From: Octopus sinensis
Taxonomy: Eukaryota
Assembly: GCF_006345805.1 (NCBI RefSeq)
Contig: NC_043008.1
Span: forward strand, 79,484,001 to 79,548,000
Direction: 5' to 3'
Length of the DNA: 64,000 nt
The notes below the pieces were generated by a model. The model made no database searches. It worked only from the letters and a program-made list of their open reading frames with translations, and was not told where the DNA came from. The translations under genes and the position numbers were made by a program. Shown piece by piece: positions 36,436 to 49,041 of this stretch (the stretch's first letter is position 1; every line of letters starts with the position of its first letter).

Positions 36436-39405
36436 CAAAAAGCAATAAAGATTCAAGTTAATTTAAATGAATTTACTTGAATATGGTACCTAACTTAGAT
36501 GCACCAAAAAAAATATACTGTTTTAACAATACAGTAATGTGGGGTGATTATAAGCGAGAAAGAAGCAACAAGAATGGATAGGTTTTTAGTACAATCGTTT
36601 CATACAAGGACAGGCTTTATTAAAAGTTGTAAAAATTACAGCATATAAACGTGTCCCGTACTCATCAGCTAAAATACATGTGAGTTCTCTAGACATCCTA
36701 GTGGTTGAGGCTATACTCATGAAGTAATGTAGATAATTAAGTAACATAAACAGATTTCCAAAGTTCATTAAAGTTCTTTAAAGATGATGTACAGTCTTAT
36801 CACAGAATTTTAAAAAAGTTCTAATAGCATCACAGAGAAGGTGACCTAATCCATAGAGCACATATGAATTTCCAGAGATATGATGAGGGATTACATACTC
36901 ACAGAAGACAAATTTATCCATTGTTAATCACAACGAGTTGGGTCTCAATTCCTGCTTATTAGCATTACAGAGAGGGTGAATTAATCCTTTGTATAGATGC
37001 ACAATTTCCAATGGTGTAGATGTAAGTTTCCAGAGAAATGAAGAGGAATTTCATATTCACAGGCGATAAATTTATCAATGGTTGAACACAATGAGGTAGG
37101 TATCAATTCTTGTTATATGATTAGGTATTTGCCACATTAATCACATTACTGCTATTTACAAGAGGCTGTAGCTATTTAACTTATAAAGGCTGAAGGGCCT
37201 TCTGGAGAGGCCAAGAATAGAAAGGGAAGGGAATAGAAGAAAAGAGAGAAAATAAGGGAGGAGGGAGCAAAAAAAAAGGGGGGGGGGAAGGGGACTAAAA
37301 GAAAAGAGAAAAGGAAAAAGAGAATAAGAAGAAGAAACAGAAAAAAGAGAAAAGAGAAAGAAATAGGGAAAGAAGGGAAAAAAATAAAAATAAAAAAGAG
37401 GGTTCTAGTTATCCAGAAGAATTAGTAGCCGGCAAGTCTGGTTTTAATTTACAGGCATCTATGAACTAGAGGAGAATATTATTCTTTGGCCAGTAAAACA
37501 GTTAATTTATTGCTGTTGAAATCAGCTATGAATTTAAAGAGAATCTAAAGAGATAACACAGTCAGGGGTTTAGGGGTCAGATGCTAAAATCAAAAGAAAA
37601 TACATTAGGAAAATCTAAGTATAATCTTATCAAAAAGTCAATAAAACTTACTTATTTAATTTATTCATTTTATTGTCTTAAGGAGTTGCCGTTATTATTC
37701 ATACATTGACGGACTACAGGTCAAATCTTAGAAGATCATTTACAAGGTGTTAGGGGATTGTCTATCATAATGAAGATAATCATATTATCACCGAGGGGGT
37801 AGCCTTATTTATTTAATTTTGAAATAGAATTATGGGGCTATAGTATCTCATTTTATTTTATTAGAGTTATGCTACTTAAATTAGATTAAGTTAGGAATTA
37901 AAATTAAAAATTACAATTAAGATTTAAAATTTAAAATTAAGAATTTAAAAGATTATGAGTTTGAAATTAGGTAAAGCCTCAATTAAGCAGCGTATAAGTA
38001 CTATTCATTTCCCTGTTCTCAAAAAACTGATGCAGATATAAGGAAAAAGATAACTGTGGTGTGAGAACTCTTAGTTATCTACTTAAAGCAGTGCTATACT
38101 AGTAGAAATCAAGTTATATCTATCTATCTAGTTACGGATATTCTAATCATTTAAAATATTTTAAAGTCTTCAATTTAGCGTGGACACAAACTTGACCTAG
38201 TTCGATATGATTATTCAATAAGTTTCTATGTTTTCTATGCTTTAGAATTTCATACGTCTCCATGGAGCATAGTTGGCAACCAACCCTACTATTTTTATAC
38301 GGAATTGCTCTCCTAACTATTTCCCAATTAAGGTTATAATTTTTATTATTATTTTTGAGTTCCCAGATTTTGTTTGAAAGTGTGGTGGTACCAGCTTTAT
38401 GACGTAAGTTAAAAGACGAGATGTGATTTCTAACTCTGGCTAGAAAATTAATTGTACATCCAACGTAAAGATATTTGTTATTCTCCGTGGATATGGTACA
38501 TTTATAGATTACATTATTTTCCCCACATAGACCAGGTGCCGGGCATTTTGATTTTATTCTACACTTACACACAGGAGGAGCAACTTCAGGCTTTGGATTA
38601 TTCTTGGGTAGATGTCTTAGGTTCCTATTATTTTGATTATCATTTCTATAGTTGGTGCTGATATCTAAAGTATTGCTATTATTTATTGATCCTTCAGCTT
38701 CATCATTTAGGTTTAAAGTCCTACCATGATTTCTTATATTATTGGTAATGTTACTATTATTGTTAGTCTTTTTTTCCGACTGCATATTGCTGTTATAAAT
38801 ATCACTGATATTTTCATTCTCTTATTTTCTCCATTAGCCTATATCTATTATTTCTATTATTAACATTATTACTTCTATTAATATCGGCATTGTTATTATT
38901 ACTATTAATGTTAATGTTATTAGTCATTCTGTGGTTACTAATTTCACCTATGTTTTGATAGTTGCTATTGTTGTTTTTATTGTTGGTAGTATTATTATAA
39001 TTGCTATTGGTATTCATGCTGATATTATTATTTTTATTTCTATCTTCCTGGCTAGTTTAATGTTTTTATTATTAATCTTAGCTATTAAAGTGGACATATT
39101 TGGGAGGGTTGAATAAGAAATCCTAACTGTTTTCCTAGATATAATTCTATGATATCTATGAGAGATAGGGAAATTTTTTTCCAGAATTACTTTGAATTTG
39201 TTCTGTATATCCGATTGTATCGCACAGTTGAAAGGGATATTCAGCCATAATATATCTTTTTTATTAAATTTAGGGTTCGTAGAATTATACTATCATCTCA
39301 CCGGAGTTATTGTATTTATTACCATTATTTTTATTTTTATTTGTGTGCATCTTAGGTTTATCTACTTCAATATTATCCGAGTTACCTATGTTCTGGTCAA
39401 TGCTT
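36436..39405 (-). mobile_element. Inverted 5'-truncated copy of the adjacent Penelope-like element (Asn-rich linker, GIY-YIG, 3' UTR, pLTR)
   Basis: Reverse complement of about 41358-44205 plus the full pLTR end. ORF 38147-38785: CKCRIKSKCP..GLC..NVIY...YVGCT...RVRNH..SF...LS..IW...CQLC...CVH. Confidence 0.9.
36584..36674 (-). ncRNA. Type I hammerhead ribozyme, family C (PLE pLTR), inverted copy
   Basis: Same motif as 39492-39582, on the minus strand. Confidence 0.8.
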
Positions 39406-39491
39406 TGGAAATCTGTTTATGTTACTTAATTATCTACATTACTTCATGAGTATAGCCTCAACCACTAGGATGTCTAGAGAACTCACATATA

Positions 39492-39582
39492 TTTTAGCTG
39501 ATGAGTACGGGACACGTTTATATGCTGTAATTTTTACAACTTTTAATAAAGCCTGTCCTTGTATGAAACGATTGTACTAAAA
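39492..39582 (+). ncRNA. Type I hammerhead ribozyme, family C (5' pLTR)
   Basis: Stem I TTTTAG/CTAAAA; CTGATGA at 39498-504; stem II GTACGGGACA/TGTCCTTGTAT; GAAA at 39565-68; AC-GATT-GT; GTA cleavage after 39576. Confidence 0.82.
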
Positions 39583-42500
39583 ACCTATCCATTCTTGTTG
39601 CTTCTTTCTCGCTTATAATCACCCCACATTACTGTATTGTTAAAACAGTATAGTTTTTTTTGGTGCATCTAAGTTAGGTACCATATTCAAGTAAATTCAT
39701 TTAAATTAACTTGAATCTTTATTGCTTTTTGAATATTTCCCATACAGTCTGTATGTTTTTCTGGTACTTAATTTCTCAACAAGAATGGAAAAGGTAAACA
39801 TTGAGTTTCCCCTAAAGACATCCCCTTACATAGTATAGATGAATATAATTGGCTTCTCATTCATAGGATTAACGATTTCATTAGAAGAATCAGGTGGAAA
39901 ACGTACCATTTTGATGTCAAACAGAAGAAGAAACCACAGGAAAAGAACACCGAAAAGAATTTTAGAAGAATTTTTAAAAGTAGAAAAAGCCCACCTCAGA
40001 ACCCATTCCTGGAGAATTTTGAGAAAGACTTGCTGAATCTTATAGATGATATTAGCTTCAAGGAACACCCGTTAAGATATAACCCTCACCTTAGACATCT
40101 TAGGAACTTTATTCAGTCAACCCGGTGCAAACATGGAATCCTAGTACCAGCAGATAAAACGGGTAATATGTATAGAGTTGATTACGATATTTATAGCAAA
40201 TTAATTAGGAAGGAACTAAACTCCAAATATAAAATTACGACTAAGAACAATTTGAAAAAAGTAAACATGGAAATGAAAGAGATCATGGAGAAACTAAATT
40301 TAACGGATAGAACGGAGCCACTTAAACCGTGTGAGCCCAGGATCAACCTTAAAGACCACAAAAAGAACTTCTTGGAAACCCTTCGGTAAGGCTGATCTGT
40401 CCAACTAAGTCGGACATTGGCCGACTTAGTAAATCTATCCTGGATAGTGTTCTACCCCAGATAACCCCTCTTCTCCCCTTAAACCTATGGCTAAGGGATG
40501 AAGTTCTAAAATGGTTTAACTCTCTAACTAATACTAGTAGTCTGTCCTTTATTCAGTTCGATATTAATAGTATTACTCAAGTATTTCCCCTATCTTACTC
40601 AACAAATCACTAATATTTGCCATGAATCGCTCCCTCATATCTAGAGAAGAAATCAATATTGTGCTACTAGCTAGGAAGACATTTATAGAATTTGAAGATA
40701 AATTATGGACTAGAGCAGATACACCTAATTTTTTTGATATACCAATGGGTTCCAGTGATTCGGCTGAGGTAACCAACCTAGTGGGGCGCATATCTATTAA
40801 AATGCATAAGCAAGGATATACCAGAATTACAGGGGGGTCTATATAGGGATGATGCTCTGTTTGTTATCCTAGTAATAATAAATCTGTTATAGAAAGGATT
40901 AGAAAGAAAATTAATAAGTTCTTTAAGGATTTCAACCTCAGTATAACGTATGAACCGGGCACTAAAATAGTTAACTTCCTAGATATTACGCTAGACCTTA
41001 ACTCCAAGCTACATTACCCATTTAGAAAGGAAGGCGAAATCACGAATTACGTAAATAAATTATCAAATCATCCCCCAAATATAATAGAATCTTTAGTAAG
41101 AAATATTTCATTAAGAATTTCAAAATTATCATCCAATAAGGATATATTTAACTCCCTTCTGAGCATTATAATGAGGCGTTAACTAAGGCTGGATACAACC
41201 AAAAGATTACATTCGTTGATAAGGGGAACTCACGTATTCCTAATAATGAAGTTATCAGTAATCACGTAAGCAGCAATACAGACCAAGCCCGAAATAAAAG
41301 TAGAATTAAATTAATGGTAAACGCTAATCTAGCGCACAGGCCCAACAATTCAAATAGAAGCATTGACCAGAACATAGGTAACTCGGATAATATTGAAGTA
41401 GATAAACCTAAGATGCACACAAATAAAAATAAAAATAATGGTAATAAATACAATAACTCGGTGAGATGAATAGTAGTAATTCTACGAACCCTAAATTTAA
41501 TAAAAAAAGATATATTATGGCTGAATATCCCTTTCAACTGTGCGATACAATCGGATATACAGAACAAATTCAAAGTAATTCTGGAAAAAAATTTCCCTAT
41601 CTCTCATAGATATCATAGAATTATATCTAGGAAAACAGTTAGGATTTCTTATTCAACCCTCCCAAATATGTCCACTTTAATAGCTAAGATTAATAATAAA
41701 AACATAAACTAGCCAGGAAAGATAGAAATAAAAATAATAATATCAGCATGAATACCAATAGCAATTATAATAATACTACCAACAATAAAAACAACAATAG
41801 CAACTATCAAAACATAGGTGAAATTAGTAACCACAGAATGACTAATAACATTAACATTAATAGTAATAATAACAATGCCGATATTAATAGAAGTAATAAT
41901 GTTAATAATAGAAATAATAGATATAAGGCTAATGGAGAAAATAAGGAGAATGAAAATATCAGTGATATTTATAACAGCAATATGCAGTCGGAAAAAAAGA
42001 CTAACAATAATAGTAACATTACCAATAATATAAGAAATCATGGTAGGACTTTAAACCTAAATGATGAAGCTGAAGGATCAATAAATAATAGCAATACTTT
42101 AGATATCAGCACCAACTATAGAAATGATAATCAAAATAATAGGAACCTAAGACATCTACCCAAGAATAATCCAAAGCCTGAAGTTGCTCCTCCTGTGTGT
42201 AAGTGTAGAATAAAATCAAAATGCCCGGCACCTGGTCTATGTGGGGAAAATAATGTAATCTATAAATGTACCATATCCACGGAGAATAACAAATATCTTT
42301 ACGTGGATGTACAATTAATTTTCTAGCCAGAGTTAGAAATCACATCTCGTCTTTTAACTTACGTCATAAAGCTGGTACCACCACACTTTCAAACAAAATC
42401 TGGGAACTCAAAAAAAATAATAAAAAAATTATAACCTTAATTGGGAAATAGTTAGGAGAGCAATTCCGTATAAAAATAGTAGGGTTGGTTGCCAACTATG

Positions 42501-44083
42501 CTCCATGGAGACGTATGAAATTCTAAAGCATAGAAAACATAGAAACTTATTGAATAATCATATCGAACTAGGTCAAGTTTGTGTCCACGCTAAATTGAAG
42601 ACTTTAAAATATTTTAAATGATTAGAATATCGTAACTAGATAGATAGATATAACTTGATTTCTACTAGTATAGCACTGCTTTAAGTAGATAACTAAGAGT
42701 CTCACACCACAGTTATCTTTTTCCTTATATCTGCATCAGTTTTTTGAGAACAGGGAAATGAATAGTACTTATACGCTGCTTAATTGAGGCTTTACCTAAT
42801 TTCAAACTCATAATCTTTTAAATTCTTAATTTTAAATTTTAAATCTTAATGTAATTTTTAATTTTAATTCCTAACTTAATCTAATTTAAGTAGCATAACT
42901 CTAATAATAAATAAAATGAGTTACTATAGCCCCATAATTCTATTTCAAAATTAAATAAATAAGGCTACCCCCTCGGTGATAATATGATTATCTTCATTAT
43001 GATAGACAATCCCCTAACACCTTGTAAATGATCTTCTAAGATTTGACCTGTAGTCCGTCAATGTATGAATAATAACGGCAACTCCTTAAGACAATAAAAT
43101 GAATAAATTAAATAAGTAAGTTTTATTGACTTTTGATGATAAGATTATACTTAGATTTTCCTAATGTATTTTCTTTTGATTTTAGCATCTGACCCCTAAA
43201 CCCCTGACTGTGTTATCTCTTTAGATTCTCTTTAAATTCATAGCTGATTTCAACAGCAATAAATTAACTGTTTTACTGGCCAAAGAATAATATTCCTCTA
43301 GTTCATAGATGCCTGTAAATTAAAACCAGACTTGCCGGCTACTAATTCTTCTGGATAACTAGAACCCTTTTTTATTTTTATTTTTTTCCTTCTTTCCCTA
43401 TTTCTTTCTCTTTTCTCTTTTTTCTGTTTCTTCTTCTTATTCTCTTTTTCCTTTTCTCTTTTCTTTTAGTCCCCTTCCCCCCCCTTTTTTTTGCTCCCTC
43501 CTCCCTTATTTTCTCTCTTTTCTTCTATTCCCTTCCCTTTCTATTCTTGGCCTCTCCAGAAGGCCCTTCAGCCTTTATAAGTTAAATAGCTACAGCCTCT
43601 TGTAAATAGCAGTAATGTGATTAATGTGGCAAATACCTAATCATATAACAAGAATTGATACCTACCTCATTGTGTTCAACCATTGATAAATTTATCGCCT
43701 GTGAATATGAAATTCCTCTTCATTTCTCTGGAAACTTACATCTACCCATTGGAAATTGTGCATCTATACAAAGGATTAATTCACCCTCTCTGTAATGCTA
43801 ATAAGCAGGAATTGAGACCCAACGTTGTGATTAACAATGGATAAATTTGTCTTCTGTGAGTATGTAATCCCTCATCATATCTCTGGAAATTCATATGTGC
43901 TCTATGGATTAGGTCACCTTCTCTGTGATGCTATTAGAACTTTTTTAAAATTCTGTGATAAGACTGTACATCATCTTTAAAGAACTTTAATGAACTTTGG
44001 AAATCTGTTTATGTTACTTAATTATCTACATTACTTCATGAGTATAGCCTCAACCACTAGGATGTCTAGAGAACTCACATGTA

Positions 44084-44174
44084 TTTTAGCTGATGAGTAC
44101 GGGACACGTTTATATGCTGTAATTTTTACAACTTTTAATAAAGCCTGTCCTTGTATGAAACGATTGTACTAAAA
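44084..44174 (+). ncRNA. Type I hammerhead ribozyme, family C (3' pLTR)
   Basis: Identical motif to 39492-39582; cleavage after 44168. Confidence 0.82.
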
Positions 44175-44530
44175 ACCTATCCATTCTTGTTGCTTCTTTC
44201 TCGCTATATATATATATATATATATACATACACATCCATATATATACATGTATATATATGAAGACAAATCAAATATACGTTGGCAAACGTATTTTGAAGA
44301 GTCTGAAACCAGTACTGCATTATCCGTTTCTAGGTTTTTCATTTTTCAGATGTTCTTCCTAGAGGTAAGACAATTTTTTTCATGTTTGTTGCACACACGC
44401 ATCTTTACTAGTAACATATGCAGTGAAGCTATACATTAGCGTCATATTATTACGTTCGCTATTTTCCAGTAAATATCGGTGCTTCGTTGTGCCATTTATT
44501 TACTTTTATATATATATGTATATATATATA

Positions 44531-44612
<82 letters not shown>

Positions 44613-44693
44613 TATATATATATACATCCATATATATACATCTATATATATACATCTATATGTATACAATATTATTATATATATATATATAAT

Positions 44694-44727
<34 letters not shown>

Positions 44728-44739
44728 CATGTAAATTTA

Positions 44740-45137
44740 AATTTAAATAATAAGGGAGAAAATTTGAATAGTAATTTGATTAATATGAATTGAAAACCAG
44801 TGGTGTAGCATATAAGAGCATAGCAGATCTTCTATCAAAATGGATGACCACTGTTAATGGTTCAACCCTCTAATATAATAGTTTCACTTTAATAGTGAAA
44901 GTCTCTGACATTACAATAGAGAGATGTTTTTGTTTCACTTTTAACACGTAATACTTAAACAGTGGAGAAGATATGATATTGCTGTAGGCTCACCTTAGGC
45001 AAGAAGTTAAAAATTTTTTGGCCCATGACCCTAAGTAAGGCATGTGTAAAATTTCAATGAAATTGGTTGTGTATTTCTGAAGTTTTAGGATTCACACAGA
45101 CAGACAGACACACATTCTCAGTTTTATATATATAGAT
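44740..45137. repeat. Dispersed repeat related to 25600-25990, possibly a non-autonomous Helitron/Helentron-like element
   Basis: Shared TTTGATTAATATGAATTGAAAACCAGTGGTGTAGCATATAAGA.CATAGC.GATCTT. Ends CAGACAGACAGAC...TTTTATATATATAGAT. Class call is tentative. Confidence 0.45.
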
Positions 45138-47053
45138 ATACATATATAAACACATTTTGAATTCTATTGAGAAGACCCGGTTGCATGAGAAGACCAAGCT
45201 GTGTGAGAAGACCCAGCAAGCCAAATGAAACCATAATCTCATGGCCTATGTGTGTAACCAGCCCACTTATGCATACCTTTTCCTTCTTTGGACACTAAAA
45301 CTCTGCTTGTGAAGACCTGTTGAGGCAAGTGAAATCAATCAAAAGCAAAATCAAAACCAAATTCGGTGACTAGCGTCCGTGCTAGCAGGGTGCAAAGAGC
45401 ACCATACGAGCATGATCATTGACAGAGCGGCTAACCAGATTCCATGCCAGCTGTAGAAACTCTGCCAAATCAAGATTGGAGCCTGGTGCAGCCATCTGGT
45501 TCGCCAGCCCTCAGTAAAAATCATCCAACCCATGCTAGCATGGAAAGCGGACGTTAAACGATGTTAATGATGATGATACATATCTTTTTTATCTTTCATC
45601 CTTTACTTGTTTTAGTCATCTGACTGTGGCTGTGCTGGAGCACTGTCTTGAAGGGATTTTAATTTAACAATTCGACCCCAGGACTTTTTTTAAGCCTAGG
45701 ACTCATTTTATCAGTCTCTTTGACCGAACAACTAAGTTATGAGGACGTAAACAAACAAGCACCGGTTGTGAAGCAGTGGTGGGAAACAAAGACAAATAAA
45801 GACACACATGCACACACACATATATATACCATGAACGTCTTTCAGTTTCTATCTACCAAATCCACTCACAAGGCTTTGGTTGGCCTGAGACTATAATAGA
45901 AGATACTTTCCCAAAGTACCACACAGTGGGACTGAACCCAGAACCATGTAGTTGGGAAGCAAGTTTACATACATACATATAGATATAGACACATACACAG
46001 ATACCCATACATACATACACACACACACCTATGTGCATGCACTTTCAAACAACTGCATGCATGTGTACATGCCAATATAGGTATTGTATGCACACATGTA
46101 CACATACAATGCACTAAAATGTACACAAGTACATTCATACTCACATGAACACCCACACCCAGATATGTGCATTGACACAAATTGCATCCATACAATATTA
46201 CAGAGTGCATGAAATGCAAGACAGTGCAATTGTGTATACATTCTCACAAAATTGCAAACAGATACACATACGAGGTCACACACACATATATATATCTCTG
46301 TGTGCATGTGTGAATACCTATACACACATACTGGATGAGAGTGTAGGTTCATACATCCATACTTTCTGCATGAATACATGCACATATATATATGCTTGTA
46401 TTGACACAGATATAAATGCACACATAGGAGTTATGCACATGTATAGATGTGAACACGCAATACAAGCAATTGCACATGCACATGCATGCAGGTGACCATA
46501 CAAACTCATACATCCACATATATACATACATGGACATAGATACACACACAAATGCTTGCCTAAATATAGAGGGTGGGTATGAGGCAAAATTAGGTATTTT
46601 TAGTTTATGTTTGACTTTGAGACAAATATCTTTTATATACAGATGTTCACTACCTTATAAAATCTATATCAGCTAAGTAAATGGCCTTCCCTAAATGCAT
46701 TAAAAGCATTATACCATAATCTGATCACCATTTCTAAAAATTTTCACTGTTCTCTTTCAGCATATAAAAGAAAAATTTGGTTGAGGCAAAATGACCAAGA
46801 CAAGATAATGTAAATTTGCCACTTCAATTCTCCAGAAAACAGACTCATACACATCAATATCCATACCTAGATATAAGAAAGATCAGAAAAAAAAATTAAA
46901 TATCTAGGTGAAATGAAAGAAGACCAGGGAAATATGGCACATGATATAAAATTAATGAGACTAGACTAAATAAAAAAAAATCAACATAAAATATTGTCTA
47001 TAACTTCTTTACGATCTACTGGAGTGTCCTCTTCATAATATATTTACACTCCA

Positions 47054-48597
47054 TCATTACTCATTTTACCCCATTTTACACATCATTTTTTGAAACTTGA
47101 AAATTATCAAGTTAGACATTAGTGTGGGAAAATATTGACTTGGAATCCAACAGAGAAAAGAATATTGATTGCTAAACACCAAAAATTGTCCAGTTATTTC
47201 ATTATCAACCTCAATTACAATTGGATTAAAGTTGAGGAAAAATTTCTTGAAAAAAGATCTGTCACCTGACTATGTTCCAAACTCTTTCAATTTCAACAAC
47301 TATGCTGACCAATTTTTACTCCTAAGTATGATGCAATAGTACAAAATCATGATGCAATATTTGCAATGTAATAATTTCAAATAGATTGGGAGAAAATAAC
47401 GAGAAATCAAAAGTTACTCATTTTAACAGGGTTTCCCCCCAACCCCATTCATATAATATATGAAAGTTTGCTCACAAATACACAAGCATCCACATACGAT
47501 TCTCTCACGCATGCACATGTATTTATTGCAACGGATATACATGCATACATGATCATCATGTTCATGCTTATTGTAAGTGTGTATTGAGATACACATGTAT
47601 GCACGAATACCCAGACATATGTATGCATCATTTCTAATGCATGCACAAATGTACATGCAATGAAAGAACATGTCCATGTGTCTATATACAAACACACTCA
47701 TGTTCTCAGTCAAGTACATGAACATGAACATCGAAATAAATATCAATGGAAATAGTAGTTGTGATGCCTGTGCCGGTGGCACATAAAAAGCACTATCCGA
47801 ATGTGGCCGATGCCAGCGCCGGCCCGACTGGCTTCTGTGCCAGTGGCACATAAAAAGCACCATCCAAACGTGGCCGATGCCAGCGCCGCCCTGACTGGCT
47901 CCTGTGCCGGTGGCACATAAAAAAGACCATCCGAATGTTGCCAGCTGGCTGGCTTCCGTTCCGCTGGCACGTTAAAAGCTCCTACCGATCGTGACCGATG
48001 CCGGACGCCCCCTCGCACATGTGCAGGTGGCACGTATAAAGCACCCACTACACTCGCGGAGTGGTTGGCGTTAGGAAGGGCATCCAGCCGTAGAAACTCT
48101 GCCAGATCAGACTGGAGCCTGGAGCAGCCCCTGGCTTCCCAGACCTCGGTCGAACCGTCCAACCCGTGATAGCGCGGAAAACGGACGTTAAACGATGATG
48201 ATGATGATGATGATGATGATAATGATGATGATGCAGTTAAAGAGAAGAGACTATTGAAATTTGTCATTACTCATTTTACCCCATTTTAGACATCATTTTT
48301 TGAAACTGAAAAATTATCAAATTAGGCGTCAGTGTGGGGTAAAATTGACTTGTAATTCAAGAAAATTGATTGTTAAACACCAAAATTTATCCAGATATTT
48401 TATTACAATCGGGGCAAAGTTGAGGGAAAATTTCTTGAGAAAAGAGGACCTGGTACCTGACTATGTTTTGGACTCCCTCACCTTCAACAACAACAACTAT
48501 GCTGACCAATTTTGATTCCTAAAGATGATGCAATACTTGCAATGTAACAATTTCAAACATGTAAGAAAAAAATGAGGAATCAGAAGTCACACATTTT
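47054..48597. repeat. Diverged direct repeat of about 350 bp (47054-47424 and 48264-48597) flanking an RTE 3' UTR copy
   Basis: Both start TCATTACTCATTTTACCCCATTTTA.ACATCATTTTTTGAAACT and share CAACAACTATGCTGACCAATTTT and TGCAATGTAA.AATTTCAAA. Confidence 0.8.
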
Positions 48598-49041
48598 GCC
48601 CACCCATCCCTATATATACAAGGGGCTATTGGAAAGTTCCTTTCTTCAAGGGTATTGTGAAAGAACTGAGTTCTTTTATAGGGCTTAGAAAGACTGAAGG
48701 ACCACTGCAGTAAGTGTATGAATCTATGAGGGGGAATATATTGAGTAAAATCATAATTAACTGATCATCCTATAATTTTCAGCACCACCTCGTTTGTGTG
48801 TGTGTGTGTAAACACATACACATTAAATATATTTATATAATCACATATATATGCATTTCATGCACTCTATAATACTCATGGGTGCATTTGTGTCAATGCA
48901 CATATCTGGGTGTAGGTGTTCATGCACTCAGGAACATTTTTGTGCATTGTATGTGTACATGCAAGCACACATCTATCCATATGGATGTATCTATACTAGC
49001 ATGCACAGTTGTTTGAAAGTGCATACACATATGTGTATGTA

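Larger units (their letters stand above)
39403..44205 (+). mobile_element. Near full-length Penelope-like element (possibly Naiad-type): pLTR - RT - GIY-YIG - long 3' UTR - pLTR
   Basis: 211-bp direct repeat at 39403-39613 and 43995-44205. ORF region 39785-42621, frameshifted: ADKTGNMY, LKDHKKNF, FDIPMGSSDSAEV, GLYRDD (40839-53), NFLDITLDL, NHPPNI, then GIY-YIG. Clade call is from recalled motifs. Confidence 0.88.

Noticed and set aside
38147-38785. Possible selenocysteine use, which I recall being reported for some Naiad PLEs
   Set aside because: The Cys positions of the GIY-YIG region are ordinary Cys codons in the open frame; no in-frame TGA is seen there.
31188-44205. The cluster of fold-back duplications as pure sequencing or assembly artefact
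   Set aside because: The 34249/35153 arms differ by several substitutions, one arm carries its own insertion, and the layout matches known PLE architecture. An artefact is not fully excluded for the 3-kb arm without reads.
44423-44793. Many ORFs rich in YI/VC/TH/ER/SL dipeptides (also near 6424, 7216, 12747, 26790, 36035, 53206, 56677, 61271)
   Set aside because: They are translations of (TA)n, (CA)n, (GA)n and (TTA)n microsatellites, not genes.
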